Shown: positions 27,008 to 40,454 of the stretch, piece by piece
How the letters are laid out: every line of letters begins with the position of its first letter
How positions within the stretch are numbered: position 1 is the stretch's first letter
Assembly (NCBI RefSeq): GCF_006345805.1
Contig: NC_043006.1
Coordinates: forward strand, 97,526,001 to 97,590,000
Reading direction: 5' to 3'
DNA length: 64,000 bases
Origin: Octopus sinensis
Lineage: Eukaryota
Translations under genes and position numbers: made by a program
Notes under the pieces: generated by a model
Told to the model about the DNA's origin: nothing
What the model saw: only the letters and a program-made list of their open reading frames with translations
The model's database searches: none

Positions 27008-28052
27008 GTTGTTGTTGTTGATATTATCATTAATATTAGTATTATCAGTTTCATCATCATCATCACCATCATCATCATCATTATCGTTATTATTATCCTG
27101 TTATTATGCTTGTAGATAGTTTTTACTATCGGTTTTTGTTATGGCGTGTTTTTAATGGCAGGCGATATGCTACTCTAGAATAAACGAATGGAAAGCACAC
27201 AAAAAAAAACCCATTCTTAAAGCGTAAAGTTTTATTTCTTCTTTCCTTCCATTCCACTTGGAAAATAATAATTATGTGACAAGGTAAACATGTGGATTTA
27301 GAAGGATGTTTTCGTCATCTAGTTGCTGAAGAAGTATTATTTCCGCATAAGCAGTGTTCCGTGGCATCCTAGAAAACCAATTCTGACTGTTTTAATTTGA
27401 ATATCTCACGCAGAGGTTCACTAATGCACGTTCATATCTGGAAAACCAAAATGCAATATAAAGTAAGTAACCTTGAAAATGATAATCATATTAACGAATA
27501 TTCATCTCAAACATATTCGTATAAAAATTGCTATTACGTTGTCACACGTAGTAAAGCAAATGGGGATAATGGGGGAAGATGTTAAGGACTCTCCTTATAT
27601 TCTACTATTTCTTCCTCCGACCGCATACTTTAAAATAAAGAAATCAGAAATATAGAGCTCCTGCCACAAGTAAGTTTCGACTTTGGGGATTGACTTGCTA
27701 GGAATGACAATGAAATATCCCACATATAATAAGCTCTAATTGTCTTTAGAAGGGACACATTAGGTTCCCAAATATAAGAAGAGAATGACAAGATTATCAT
27801 GGCTGGCATACTTTTAGTCCTAGGTGAGCTCCATCAGGGCCTACTTGGTGTTAAACAACAGGAAGAACATTGAAAATTGAACAGAAATAAAATCAAACAA
27901 ACAAATAAACAAACAAAAGAAATGATGTTTGTAAATATAGAAGTTTCTCGTTTCGTAACAAAAAGAATGACAGAAGCTAAATTTGATACTGATATTATGA
28001 TATTGATATTATGATATTGATATTATGATATTGATATTATGATTAAGTGTTT

Positions 28053-28665
28053 GAAGGCGACGAGCTGGCAGAATCATTAGCATTCCGAACAAAATGCTTA
28101 ACGTCATTTAGTCCGTCTTCGCGTTTTGCGTTCAAATTCTGTCGACGTTGTCTTTGCTTTTTATACTTTCGAGGTCGATAAAATAAGTAGCAGTTGAGGC
28201 TATGTGGCTGTGTGGTAAGTAGCTTGTTTATCAACCACATGATTCCGGGTTCAGTCCCACTGCGTGGCATCTTGGGCAAGTGTCTTCTGCTATAGTCCCG
28301 GGCCGACCAATGCCTTGTGAGTGGATTTGGTAGACGGAAACTGAAAGAAGCCTGTCGTATATATGTATGCGTGTGTGTGTTTGTGTGTCTGTGTTTGTTC
28401 CCCTAGCATTGTTTGACAACCGATGCCGGTGTGTTTACGTCCCCGTTACCAAACGGTTCGGCAAAAGAGACCGATAGAATAAGTACTGGGCTTACAAAGA
28501 ATAAAGTCCCGGGGTCGATTTGCTCGACTAAAGGCGGTGCTCCAGCATGGCCGCAGTCAAATGACTGAAACAAGTAAAAGAGTAAAGAGTAAAAGAGTGA
28601 GTACTGGAATCGATGTAATCGGCTTATCCCCTCCCCCGAACTTGCTGGCCTTATTCCAAAATTTG
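28053..28665 (+). mobile_element. SINE group D split by a group C insertion
   Basis: The D sequence stops at ...cagttgag (28198) and resumes at tgagtactggaatcgatgtaatc (28598). Confidence 0.75.
28199..28598 (+). mobile_element. SINE group C
   Basis: Head gtggctgtgtggtaagtagc, B-box-like gggttcagtccc, internal microsatellite, tail ggccgcagtcaaatgactgaaacaagtaaaagag. Confidence 0.92.
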
Positions 28666-29264
28666 ACTTCAGGATTCTGGCAAGTACGTCTGGCAGCGAG
28701 CGATTAGAATTCTTGCCTCACTGCCCCAATTGCTCTGCTGTATTTCTTTCGGCTCTTTACGTTCTGAGTTCAAATGCTACCAAGGTCGTTTTACTTTTCA
28801 CTCTCAGTCGGTGAAATACAAATCAGCTGAACATTAACGTAGACGTAATCGACTTCTCCGTTCACTCAAACTTTCTGGCTTTATGTCAATTCTAAAATTA
28901 GCATGCTAATTACTAGTAGTCTCAGTCAATATAGCAATAACTATTACTGTGGTAACAATGGAGGCTCCACACTAATTCAATATTCGTTTCTAATTTAGGT
29001 ACAAGGCCGGCAAGTCTGAGGGGAAGTGTTACGCTGATACCATCAACCACAGTACCGTACTTCACTGAGGTTGAAAGGCAATGTTGACGATTGCAGGATT
29101 TGAAAGCAGAATGTAAAAATCCGGAACATACATCGCAAAACATTTTTCTGACGCTCTACCGAGCTCATAAAATGATCAGAGTGCCGGAAATAGACTTTGC
29201 AGTATTTTTTCATTCACTAATTTTATAATTCTTAGTGCTATAGCCATAAGGTCTTAAGTTTTGG

Positions 29265-29440
29265 AAGAGAGCGGCTAGTCGATTACATCTATGCCTGAAA
29301 TCAACTGGTACTTGTTTAATCGATCTCGAAAGGATGAAAGCAAAGTCGACCTCGCTGGATATTGAACTCAGTACGTAAGGATATGCGAAATACCACAGAA
29401 CATTTTGTCCTGCATGCTAACGATTTTGCCAGCCTGCTAG
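29265..29440 (-). mobile_element. SINE group D, degenerate
   Basis: Reverse-complemented centre cgaaaggatgaaagcaaagtcgacctc and B box ttgaactcag. Confidence 0.75.
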
Positions 29441-29572
29441 CTTATACTAATTCAATAATGAAAAGCTTCCTAAGGTTTGACAATAAGAAGCATGACCGCT
29501 TCCTGCATTCTAGTGAAGATTGTGTCGCATTGAACTTTGATACAAATAAGCAATAATTATTATCAGTTATGT

Positions 29573-29885
29573 GGAGGCGCAATGACCCAGTGGTTGGGGC
29601 AGCGGATTCACGGTTGGAGGATCGCGGTTCCGATTCCCAGCCCAGGCGTTGTGCGTGTTTATTGAGCGAAAACACCTAAAGCTCCACGAGGATCCGGCAG
29701 GGGGTGATGACGACCCCTGTTTTACTCTTTCGCTCCAACTTTCTGTCACTCTTTCTTCCTGTTTCTTGAGTAACGCTGCGATGGACTGGCGTCCCGTCCA
29801 GCTGGGAGGAAGGCATACGCCATAGAAACCGAGAAACCGGCCCCATGAGGCTGACTAGGCTTGAAAAGGGCGAAAAAGATAAAGA
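29573..29885 (+). mobile_element. SINE group A
   Basis: Same head as 14586. Tail cttgagtaacgctgcgatggactggcgtcccgtccagctg is shared with 39625. Confidence 0.9.
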
Positions 29886-30814
29886 CATGTCAGTTATAAA
29901 ATAAATACACAGTCACAGGAGAAAGCATCGAAAATATTTAACATTTGGTCCGTAAGTTCTCAACTACACCAAGGATGAAAACTGAACGAACTCCAGCGTG
30001 ATTTAAACACAGAACACGCTATATGAGTAAGTACAAAGACTGTTTATCTATAAAGAATTTCTGTGATTGCAATGTCTGATAAAACTTCACTTATGCCAAT
30101 ATTGACAATTGTGGCTGTCGGAACGTGAACGGTGGTGGTGAAACCAGCTGGTATTTTAAAAGTAATATATCTTTGATTATATCTATTTTGCAAAAAACAT
30201 AAATCCTACTAAGACTATTGTACATATATGCTATTATTAGGGGCTCCGTCGGTCATTATTTAACTAGGTAACTGCATATCTGTGTGCTGGTTCGGGGAAA
30301 TGATTTATTAAAAGAAGTCTATCAGTTGTCTATGCACGCAAAGTTCCTCTTTCCACATAACAGATGTTGTTCCAAGGAAAGGGCTCATAGTTAGGGTCGA
30401 TACAGCTGGGTACCACTGTTGTCACAGGTATTGCTTTCAGAATGCAAAGAGCCAGATCAGGTATCACAAGGCGTCTTTCTTGACGGTTTAAAAGTTCTAC
30501 CGACCCATTGCTTTGGATTAGTAATTAATTGTCAGCTTGCAGCATTATTAATATGTGCTCGTTTGGGGTACGAAATATTTTGTCATCCAGCTTGAAGTGT
30601 TCCAAGGTATATTACATATGAACGATTGAGACAAACGATAGAGATAAATTTCAGGTGACACTAAAATTTCAGGTCAGACTAAAAGTTTAAACATGGCTTA
30701 AATATTACCGTTACGATAGACTGGTAACTGTAGTGAAATTCAGGAAAGCTAATACAATGTTCTTAATTTATTCACTTGAAATTCGTCATGGAAGACCACA
30801 GCTTGGAAATAATA

Positions 30815-31217
30815 GACGCAGGTGTGGCTGTGTGGTAAGTAGCTTGCTAACCAACCAGATGGTTCAGGGTTCAGTCCCACTGCGTGGCACCTTGAGCAAG
30901 TGTCTTCTACTATAGCCTTGGGGCCGACCAATGCCTTGTGAGTGGATTTGGTAGACGGAAACTGAAAGAAGTCCGGCGTATATATGTATATATATATATG
31001 TGTGTGTGTTTTTGTGTCTGTGTTTGTCCCCCTAGCATTGCTTGACAACCGATGCTGGTGTGTTTATGTCCCCGTCACTTAGCGGTTCGGCAAAAGAGAC
31101 CGATAGAATAAGTACTGGGCTTACAAAGAATAAGTCCTTGGGTCTAGTTGCTCGACTAAAGGCGGTGCTCCAGCATGGCCGTAGTCAAATGACTGAAACA
31201 AGTAAAAGAGTAAGAGT
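30815..31217 (+). mobile_element. SINE group C
   Basis: Collinear with 28199-28598. Confidence 0.92.
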
Positions 31218-31796
31218 AATACTGAAGCAATTCACAACAAACCTCATCACCATAGCTAGGATAATGAGATGTAACATTTCTCTTGCATTACTTATCAAAA
31301 GGAATAGTGTGAGATACAGCAGCGTATACTAAAAGGACATTGATCACAATTCAAGTGTTGCCACACATTACTGATCTTTTCCTTTCGGTCACGAAATGTC
31401 TTCCTATCGTCTTAGAGTCCTTTCCCCATGGTCTATTCTAATCTTTTGGACAACACTCGACATCTACAGGGATGGTCTAACCTGTTGTCTGTGAATCTTG
31501 CGACAAGGCTAGCCAAGTGGAACTAGTGTTGACTGCAAGGATGCTGAAGTCAAATAAAACAGTATTTAAAAGACAATTTATGTTGTCATTTATAAAAAGA
31601 TTAAGTCAAAGCTATGAATATAAAGGCGAATTCCTGAAAACCTTTGCCTTGAACGCTTTCTCGGCGGGAAAACTTATAAACAAGAATCCTACTCAGAAAC
31701 GAAACAGAAATCCCGGAAACGTAGCTTTATGTAGTTTTTAATTTGGCCGAGCTTCAACGACGTATAAAAATATTGGAATATTTTGGTGTGTCAAGG

Positions 31797-32005
31797 CAGG
31801 GAGCTGGCAGAATTGTTAGTACGTCGGACAAAATGCTTGGCGGCATTTCTTCAGTATTTACATCCTGGGTTCAAATTTCGCCGAGATTGACTTTGCCTTT
31901 CATCCTTCCGAGGTCAGTAAAATAAGTAACAGTCAATCACCGGGATCGATGGAATCGACTTATCCACTCACTCGTAACTGATGGTCTTGTGTGCCAAAAT
32001 GAGAA
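31797..32005 (+). mobile_element. SINE group D, degenerate
   Basis: gagctggcagaattgttag head, gggttcaaatttcgccgag, gactttgcctttcatcc. Further degenerate D pieces at ~21800, 23650, 28690, 35890 and 42755. Confidence 0.75.
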
Positions 32006-32292
32006 ACCAATATTTTGGTGTGTTTAGAGACCTTTGTTACGCTACAGAAGCAAATTTCAAACGGTTTCTTTCATATCTACATTAATGATAAAGGTAATAG
32101 AAGCATTAACAATTTAGAAGGAGGTTTTTAATATTCATATTTAAGATGTTTGGTTTGTAGTACATAAGATAAGCATCTCGATGTTATTCTGATAATACTA
32201 CAATTCTATTCAACTGATTCATTTCCTCTGCAAAAAGTTGAAATCATATATACAATTACCAATATTTACTATATATATATATAATATATATA

Positions 32293-32333
<41 letters not shown>

Positions 32334-32344
32334 TACACACACAC

Positions 32345-32409
<65 letters not shown>

Positions 32410-32486
32410 GTATGTATATATGTATACATATACATATATACATATATATACATATACGCATTCATACATCCATACATTTGTATCTG

Positions 32487-32517
<31 letters not shown>

Positions 32518-32607
32518 TATATGTACCTATATGTATATATATATATATATGTATATATACATACATACACACATTCATACCTCCATACATATTTATCTTT
32601 ATGTATG

Positions 32608-32644
<37 letters not shown>

Positions 32645-32719
32645 TTATAAGCATATGTGTATGCATATATAATATATATGTTATAATATCTACATATATA
32701 CATATATAATATAATTCAA

Positions 32720-32752
<33 letters not shown>

Positions 32753-33220
32753 AATATTACTCGATATATCTTGCACCAGGGTTTAGTTTGAAGACAGACT
32801 TTTATGGTATTTCATTACTTTTCATTTCTTCGTCTGTTCTGGAATAATTGTTACCGAGTCAATCAAGTTTGTTGTACAGATAACATACTGTCTTTTGTTT
32901 GGCCAGGATAGGTATTTTACTTCGTACTAATTTAATGATAAAATCTTCAGACAAACCGTGACGTTCTGGTGATACCACTTTAATTCGTTTGGGAGATAAA
33001 TTAGCGATAGTAATGTAAAAAAAAATAAAACAAAACAAAAATACAAACACAAAGCAAAAATAACAGCAGTGATTCATTTCTGTGTGTTATGGTCCTTTAT
33101 AGTTAATCGAAGAACAGACAAACTTATCTCTTGAGGCGTCTGGTAATATTGTGTTTTGCTAAATACTTATGGACTGAAAGGGTTTCTAGTGAAACGAATA
33201 AATATTATACTGGAATGGTG

Positions 33221-33526
33221 TAGAAGCACATGGCCTAGTGGTTAGAGCAGCGGACTCGCAGTCGCGGGTTCGAATCTCAGACCGGACGATGTGTGTGTTT
33301 ACGAGCGAAACACCTAAGCTCCACGCGGCTCCGGTAGAAGGTAATGGCGAAACTTCTGCTGACTCTTTCGCCAAAAGTTTCTCTCACTCTTTCCTCCTGC
33401 ATCTTGCAGCTCACCTGCGACGGACCGGCGCCCCATCCGGGTGGGGAACTTATACGCCAAGAAACCGGGAAACCGGCCCTTAGGAGCCAGACATGGCTCG
33501 AGAAGGAAAAAACAAAAACAAAAAAA
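33221..33526 (+). mobile_element. SINE group A with a 14-bp target-site duplication
   Basis: TSD ATACTGGAATGGTG at 33207-33220 and 33527-33540. A-rich tail aaacaaaaacaaaaaaa. Confidence 0.93.
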
Positions 33527-34443
33527 ATACTGGAATGGTGCATAGCCCGCGCTATTGTGCGTGGGGCCTGCGAGTGTGCGTGCATGTGTGCGTGTGCCTG
33601 CGTGAGTGATTGTGTGTGTGTGTGTGTGTCTGTATGTGTGTGTGTAATTTTCTGTTACAAAAACCACGCTATTCAGAAGTTCTGACAGATTTAAAGCAGT
33701 CCATTGAAATGAACCATCGTGACAGTGGATGATTTAGTGAAGATTTTATCGAATTAGAAATACATTTATTAATGCAAATTTTTCTATATTTTCAGAATTT
33801 AAACATTCTTTATTCGATTCTCATAAAATTATTCTTGGGTTTAGTTAACGACCTTTACATTCCCGGATAAACAAAGTAGATTTAAGCAACATAATGTATT
33901 TAGTAGGCTCAAACAAGATAAAGTATTTACAAATGCAAGAAATTGAATAATGGAATCCAATATTTTGCTTTCATATGCTTAATCATGCATACACAATTCA
34001 ACCCAGTCCACACACACATACTCACGTACACACGTACACACATGCATACACACATACACGCACGAGCAGATGCAGATATATGCACAAACACAGAGACTCA
34101 CACAAATACATACGTAGACTCAAACGAATGCACACACAATTGTGCATTCGCATAGACGAATACACACATAAATCATAATTTTTCTATTGAACACGAGTTT
34201 AAACGTTTAGACAGATGTAAACTTATTCAAGTCAATTTGTACACGGTAACTCAAATTTCTGCATTGATCGATATAGAGGATACTTCGATGACAGAAAAGT
34301 AAAGATACATACGCACATACATACATACATACATACATACATACATACATACATACATACATACATACATACATACATGTATATACATACACACATATAT
34401 GCATACATGTATATATACACACACGAACATATATACATATATG

Positions 34444-34475
<32 letters not shown>

Positions 34476-35318
34476 TGTATGTATCTATGTATCTATCTAT
34501 CTATCTATCTCCCTACCTATATAATACTCTCATGTACATACATAACCACTAACTATTTTGCAGTTCACACATTCACAAATTCACATACTTTTTATACAAT
34601 AAAAAGCTTCATTGCTATTCTATATAGATATCTATATTCGTAATTACACGATTCAGTTCATTCATAAATATCGTATAATAGGTGCTTCATTTGATTATAC
34701 TATAAGTCGGAGGTGGGTGGTGAATAAGTTTGCTATAGCATTCATTATGAATAAAATTTTGATAGTAGAAAATAGCTATTATAGCTATACAGAGACTGTG
34801 TAATAGAACTATGGTAGTCCCTGGTGCTATTGTAAATCTTATGTGAATTTCATTAGCAATGTGTCTCAGCAGTCGAATAGTAAAGTTGTAAGAAATAAGT
34901 GAAAGATATTTTTCTCCTTAAAGATGATCAATTCTACCTCCTCTTTCCTCCCATGCTGTGATATATACCAAGACAATATACATCTAAATTTTTAGTTTTG
35001 GTACCAAAATTGATTGGGGAATTACTCTTAAAAAACAATACCCCAGTGTATTGCTGACAATTGTCTCCTGAAGAAAAGGCAAATGTCAGTTAACAAAATT
35101 ATTTATTTGACCTCTATCAGTCTTTTTTTTTAGTACAGCCGTAGTGTTGTATGAAAAATAAATAAAGGTTTTTTTTTTTTTAACAAAGCACCAAGTCCTA
35201 AATGTATAGGACATAGTCTTGTAACTGACACTAGATGCTACTGTTGTTGCTTAGCCCAAAGTCAGCCCTGATCGAGTAGACCAAAAATCAAAGGTGCTCC
35301 GGTCGCAATCATCTGGTT

Positions 35319-35684
35319 ATTATTACTTCTGCCTTAGTGAAGGCGGAGGTATTGTTTTCAGTCGTGTTTGTTTGTCCATGGACAATGTATCTCAAGAACC
35401 GCTGGATGGATTCGAATGAAACTTTCAGGGATGTATAGCCTCGTGACTGGCACGAACTGAATAGATATTGGTATTTGATCCAATACCGGACAAGGATTCT
35501 GGATTATTCTTCTGGTTTTGTTACTTAATTTTTGAGAGCGGTCGGGTTCATTTTTAGTATTATTGTTCATGAGAGCAGTCGAGTTCATTTCAGATATTCT
35601 TATTTCAAAAATCGTCTCCTGCTAAACGTTGAGAGGAAGTTGATGTTGCACTGGCGGAGGTTTGCGTTCTCTGAGTGCTCTTGT
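35319..35684 (+). mobile_element. Helentron-associated (DINE-1/HINE-like) non-autonomous element
   Basis: 5' palindrome cttctgcc-ttagtgaa-ggcggagg, then gtttgtttgtcc, and a 3' ggcggagg followed by a short hairpin gcgttctctgagtgc. T-rich flanks. Confidence 0.7.
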
Positions 35685-36688
35685 GTATACTTATTTTCAG
35701 AGGATTCTAGCACGATATTATCTGAATAGGAATCTAGAGCTACATTGGCTAAAATGTTCGTCTTTTGGAAGATAGGGTGTAATTTTAAATTGTTTGACTG
35801 CTACTTCTTGTAGTGGACAGACAGAGGTCCCTTGCAAGTTGATAGGGTTGTTGAAATTGTTTAGCCTACAACAAACGGGATCAGAATCATTGAAGCTTCA
35901 GAAAAGTATTTTACGGTAGTTTACCGGTTCTTTAAATTCTAAGTTCTAATCCCGCAGAGGTTTACTTCGCTTTTCATGACTCCGGGGTCGATAGAATAAA
36001 GTAACATTTACGTTTTGGGTCAATGGCATCGACTACCCCGGTCTTCAAAATTACTGAGCTTGTACCGAAATCAGAAACGATCATGAAAAGACATCACGGG
36101 CGTAGTCATATTGTTTTAATTTCTGGTATACTATATTGTTAACTATATTATCCAAGGTGTCATTTTCTTTATATGAAATTAGGTTGTAAATTGAGACAGA
36201 TTTAGCTTCTATTTCCACTGGGTCGAATGCTTGCGATTATGTCATAGCGTAATACTATTTATTCGAGAAACCAAACATCTGACTCAACTGAAGGAAGATT
36301 TTCATTGAAATAAAACAGATGATAAAGCTTCAGTTGAAATGTTGAAAGCAGAATTATAATAATTAAGTTTAGAACTTCAATTGCGAAAGTTTTTATAACA
36401 TCTGTGATTGGTAAAAGAAAGGTTTTTGGGATGGCCAGCTTTGGAATGTAAAGAAATAACCTCGTTACATATTGAATGTTTGTGAGGAAATACGTTGTGG
36501 GGTATAAAAGTCGATACTTTAGAAAAGTTCAGAACTTGGTTGAAAAGAGTTCTTATGGACATGATCGGGATTTTTTCAAATATAGTTAGATGTAGGATTA
36601 CGCCTGGTGCCTCAATGCGTACAGTTTATGATTATGAGTCATGAAACCAATTTTGACCGAAATTCATTGCCTTTTTATAAAAGACAAA

Positions 36689-36732
<44 letters not shown>

Positions 36733-36734
36733 GA

Positions 36735-36792
<58 letters not shown>

Positions 36793-36793
<1 letters not shown>

Positions 36794-36959
36794 AGGAGTG
36801 GCTGTGTGGTAAGTAGCTTCCTAACCAACCTCATGGTTCCGCGTTCAGTCCCACTGCGTGGCATCTTGGGCAAGTGTCTTCTGCTATAGCCCCGGGCTGA
36901 CCAATGCCTTGTGAGTGGATTTGGTAGACGGAAACTGAAAGAAGCCTGTCGTATATTTG

Positions 36960-36994
<35 letters not shown>

Positions 36995-37215
36995 TATGTG
37001 TGTGTCTGTGTTTGTTCCCCTAGCATTGCTTGACAACCGATGCTGGTGTGTTTACGACCCCGTCACATAGCGGTTCGGCAAAAAGAGACCGATAGAATAA
37101 GTACTGGGCTTACAAAAAGAATAAGTCCCGGGGCCGAGTTGCTCGACAAAAGGCGGTGCTCCAGCATGGCCGCAGTCAAATGACTGATGATGAAACAAGT
37201 AAAAGAGTAAAGAGT
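36793..37215 (+). mobile_element. SINE group C
   Basis: Collinear with 28199-28598 and inserted next to (TA)n. Confidence 0.92.
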
Positions 37216-37227
37216 ATATATAGTATA

Positions 37228-37291
<64 letters not shown>

Positions 37292-37633
37292 TTGTGTGTG
37301 GTGTGTGTGCATACATGCAAAATTTTATACACCACAAGAAGCACCTTATCTTAATGACTGATAAGTGAGCCAAGCTCCATCAGCGACTAGGAATAGTTAG
37401 ACCACAGTGATTGCGCATTTATATTAATGCCCTTCAGTGACTCTTACCTCGCGCTTTCAGTTAAACTCAACTCACCTTGTCAGTTTATAAGATTATCGTA
37501 GAAAATACACGCAGATTTTCTAAACAGTAAAGTGTCTATGAGTTGTTTTAACTCTTATTTCTAGCAACACTGGTGCTGACTAGTACCTTCAGTCACTTTA
37601 GTGACACATATATATATATATATATATATATCA

Positions 37634-37680
<47 letters not shown>

Positions 37681-37958
37681 TATATATATATATATATATA
37701 TGAGAGGGATGATCACCATGTGGACAGCGTTGATGCTAGGCAAAGCTTATGCAAATGAAAAGTACTTTTCTTAGTGGCTAGACCATAGCGGATCTACTTC
37801 TAGCATAAGGGTTGTCCACATGATGGCCATCCCTCTCATTATATATAATACAATTTACTGACCTTTAGAATTTTAATATGCTAGACCACTGGTGTTAAAT
37901 TGATGTTAATCAAATTAATATCCAATTCTCACCCTCATTTTTAATTTATATTTATATG

Positions 37959-38008
<50 letters not shown>

Positions 38009-38012
<4 letters not shown>

Positions 38013-38752
38013 CAATAGGAGTGACCCTAACAGGTCATTCGTCCACCAGAAAGAGCAGCCATAACTCACACCGCCAAGTAGTAGTAATTCAGAAATTAGG
38101 TGAAATTTTAAAAACATTTACCCTAATTCATCTTTTGACGTGCAACGTTTCTGTGTCATTAATGATTAAATTAGCTTAATTAAATTAAATTAAGCTAATC
38201 TACCATAGGTTACACTTCATCAGTAAAAAACCTGGGAGAGACAAAATACACGAGGCGTCTGTATCGATGCCTACGGAATATCTGTCTTAAAATTTTCAAG
38301 ACTGACGTATCGCGCCAAACTTATCAGCAGAAATATAACTGCCGATTCAATCTCAGAATTATTCAGAAATTATCAATTAGTCAAATTAGGGTAGCAAAAA
38401 ATTTCAATAGAAATTTATCGCTACCAGCGGCCTGGTGGAAAAGAGAAAATAGTCATCGACTAAATATATAAATATAACAATTTAGGAGTGACCCTAAAGG
38501 TCATTCGTCCACCAGAAAGAGCAGCCATAACTCACACCGCCAATAGTAGTAATTCAGAAATTAGGTGAAAATTTTTTAAATTTTCACCTAATTGGCGGTG
38601 TGAGTTATGGCTGCTCTTTCTGGTGGACGAAGGACCTGTAGGGTCACTCCTAAATTGTTATATTTATATATTTAGTCGATGACTATTTTCTCTTTTCCAC
38701 CAGGCCGCTGGTAGCGATAAATTTCTATTGAATTTTTTGCTACCCTAAATTG

Positions 38753-38756
<4 letters not shown>
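38009..38756. mobile_element. (TA)n-anchored element with direct and inverted terminal repeats (Penelope-like pseudo-LTR architecture)
   Basis: Repeat A at 38009-38109 recurs at ~38474-38574. Segment 38378-38574 is mirrored at 38578-38756 with a 17-bp deletion. A hammerhead-like motif lies between the direct repeats. Confidence 0.7.
38131..38230 (-). ncRNA. Type I hammerhead-like motif with an enlarged stem II
   Basis: Minus strand: UUUUUUA-CUGAUGA-A-GUGU...(AT-rich hairpin)...ACAC-A-GAA-ACGU-UGC-ACGU-C/AAAAGA. GUC cut site predicted between 38137 and 38136; A.A mismatch at the first stem I pair. Confidence 0.55.
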
Positions 38757-38789
<33 letters not shown>

Positions 38790-39350
38790 GAAATACACCA
38801 TCTAGAAAATTATATGTATATAATATTATATATAATATATTATATATATATATATTATATATATTATATCTATGGATGTGTATATGTATATATATATATA
38901 TACATACATAGTGTGTGTGTGTACGCGCGTTACATAGTCGGATACGCTTGTGGTTTGAACATTCTTTTATATAGATTAACCGGAAGCTGATTGATTCCTT
39001 AGGTCTGTGCTGATAAGGCTTTGGTCAATAGAAGTCTATTAGATATTCTTTGTTTTCGGCAAGAACTACTCTTCCGTTGACTACAATGGTCATATAAACA
39101 AAAGAATAAATACAAACATTTTTGGAGAGAGATTTCAATTGATTAAACGATCGATTACATCGATGAATTGATTTCTGTATATCAGTGAATCAGATTAGTA
39201 TTAATTAAAAACACGTTAATTCAAAAACTTTATTACAGCAACTACTTTCCAGCATAGAAAACGAGTCTATTCTGTTCATAGAAATACCTATAGTATTTAA
39301 GAAATCAGACAATCGGCCATTGAAACTTTCAGTTAAGCTATGCTAACAAT

Positions 39351-39383
<33 letters not shown>

Positions 39384-39402
39384 GAATATATATATATAAT
39401 AT

Positions 39403-39478
<76 letters not shown>

Positions 39479-39557
39479 GAATATATATATGTATGTATAT
39501 ATATCTATCTATATATATATATGTATGTATATATATATATATGTATGTATATATATA

Positions 39558-39624
<67 letters not shown>

Positions 39625-39625
<1 letters not shown>

Positions 39626-39941
39626 GGATGTGCAATGGCCCAGTGGTTATGCCAGCGCACTTGCGGTCGTAGGATCGCGGTTTCGATTCCTAGACCGGGC
39701 GTTGTGAGTGTTTATTGAGCGAAAACACCTAAAGGCTTTTCACGAGGCTCCGGCAGGGGGTGGTGGCGACTCCTGTTGTAATCTTTCGCCCCAACTTTCT
39801 CTCACTTTCTCTTCCTGTTTCTTGAGTAACGCTGCGATGGACTGGCGCCCCGTCCAGCTGGGGTGGAGTGGGGGGACACATACGCCACAGAAACCGGGAA
39901 ACCGTGCCTATGAGCCTGTCCAGGCTTGAAAAGGGCGCATA
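39625..39941 (+). mobile_element. SINE group A
   Basis: Head as 14586; tail as 29573. Confidence 0.9.
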
Positions 39942-39996
<55 letters not shown>

Positions 39997-40007
39997 GATA
40001 TAGATAC

Positions 40008-40080
<73 letters not shown>

Positions 40081-40330
40081 TTGTTTCCACCATAAGAATT
40101 TGTAACCTTTGTAATATTTCTAAATGTAGAAATAACAGCATGTAAACAGTGAAAACCCTTTTGGACAGGATAAGTCGAAAGCTGCCCGTGGGACTAGAAC
40201 CAAAATCTCCCTTCTTCCTTTTTTTTGTTCGGGTGAATGATGTACGTGACCAATATATATATGCGTGCGTGTGTGTGTAAATTTATATAAATATCGATCT
40301 TATCCCAGGTGGGCAGGTAATAATTATTTA

Positions 40331-40441
40331 AAATTATAATTTATGGTATCTAAGAGATACCTCCACGCTGGAAATAGCAGTCAAAACTTGACTGCTATTT
40401 CCAGCGTGGAGGTATCTCTTAGATACCATAAATTATAATTT
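40331..40441. repeat. Perfect hairpin, 54-bp arms with a 3-nt loop
   Basis: 40331-40384 is the exact reverse complement of 40388-40441; the loop is AAC. Confidence 0.95.
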
Positions 40442-40454
40442 ATATATATATATA

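Larger units (their letters stand above)
25165..27090. repeat. Large compound (AAT)/(ATT)/(GTT)n field with orientation switches
   Basis: Direct reading. This field is the source of the poly-I/L/Y/V ORFs. Confidence 0.95.
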
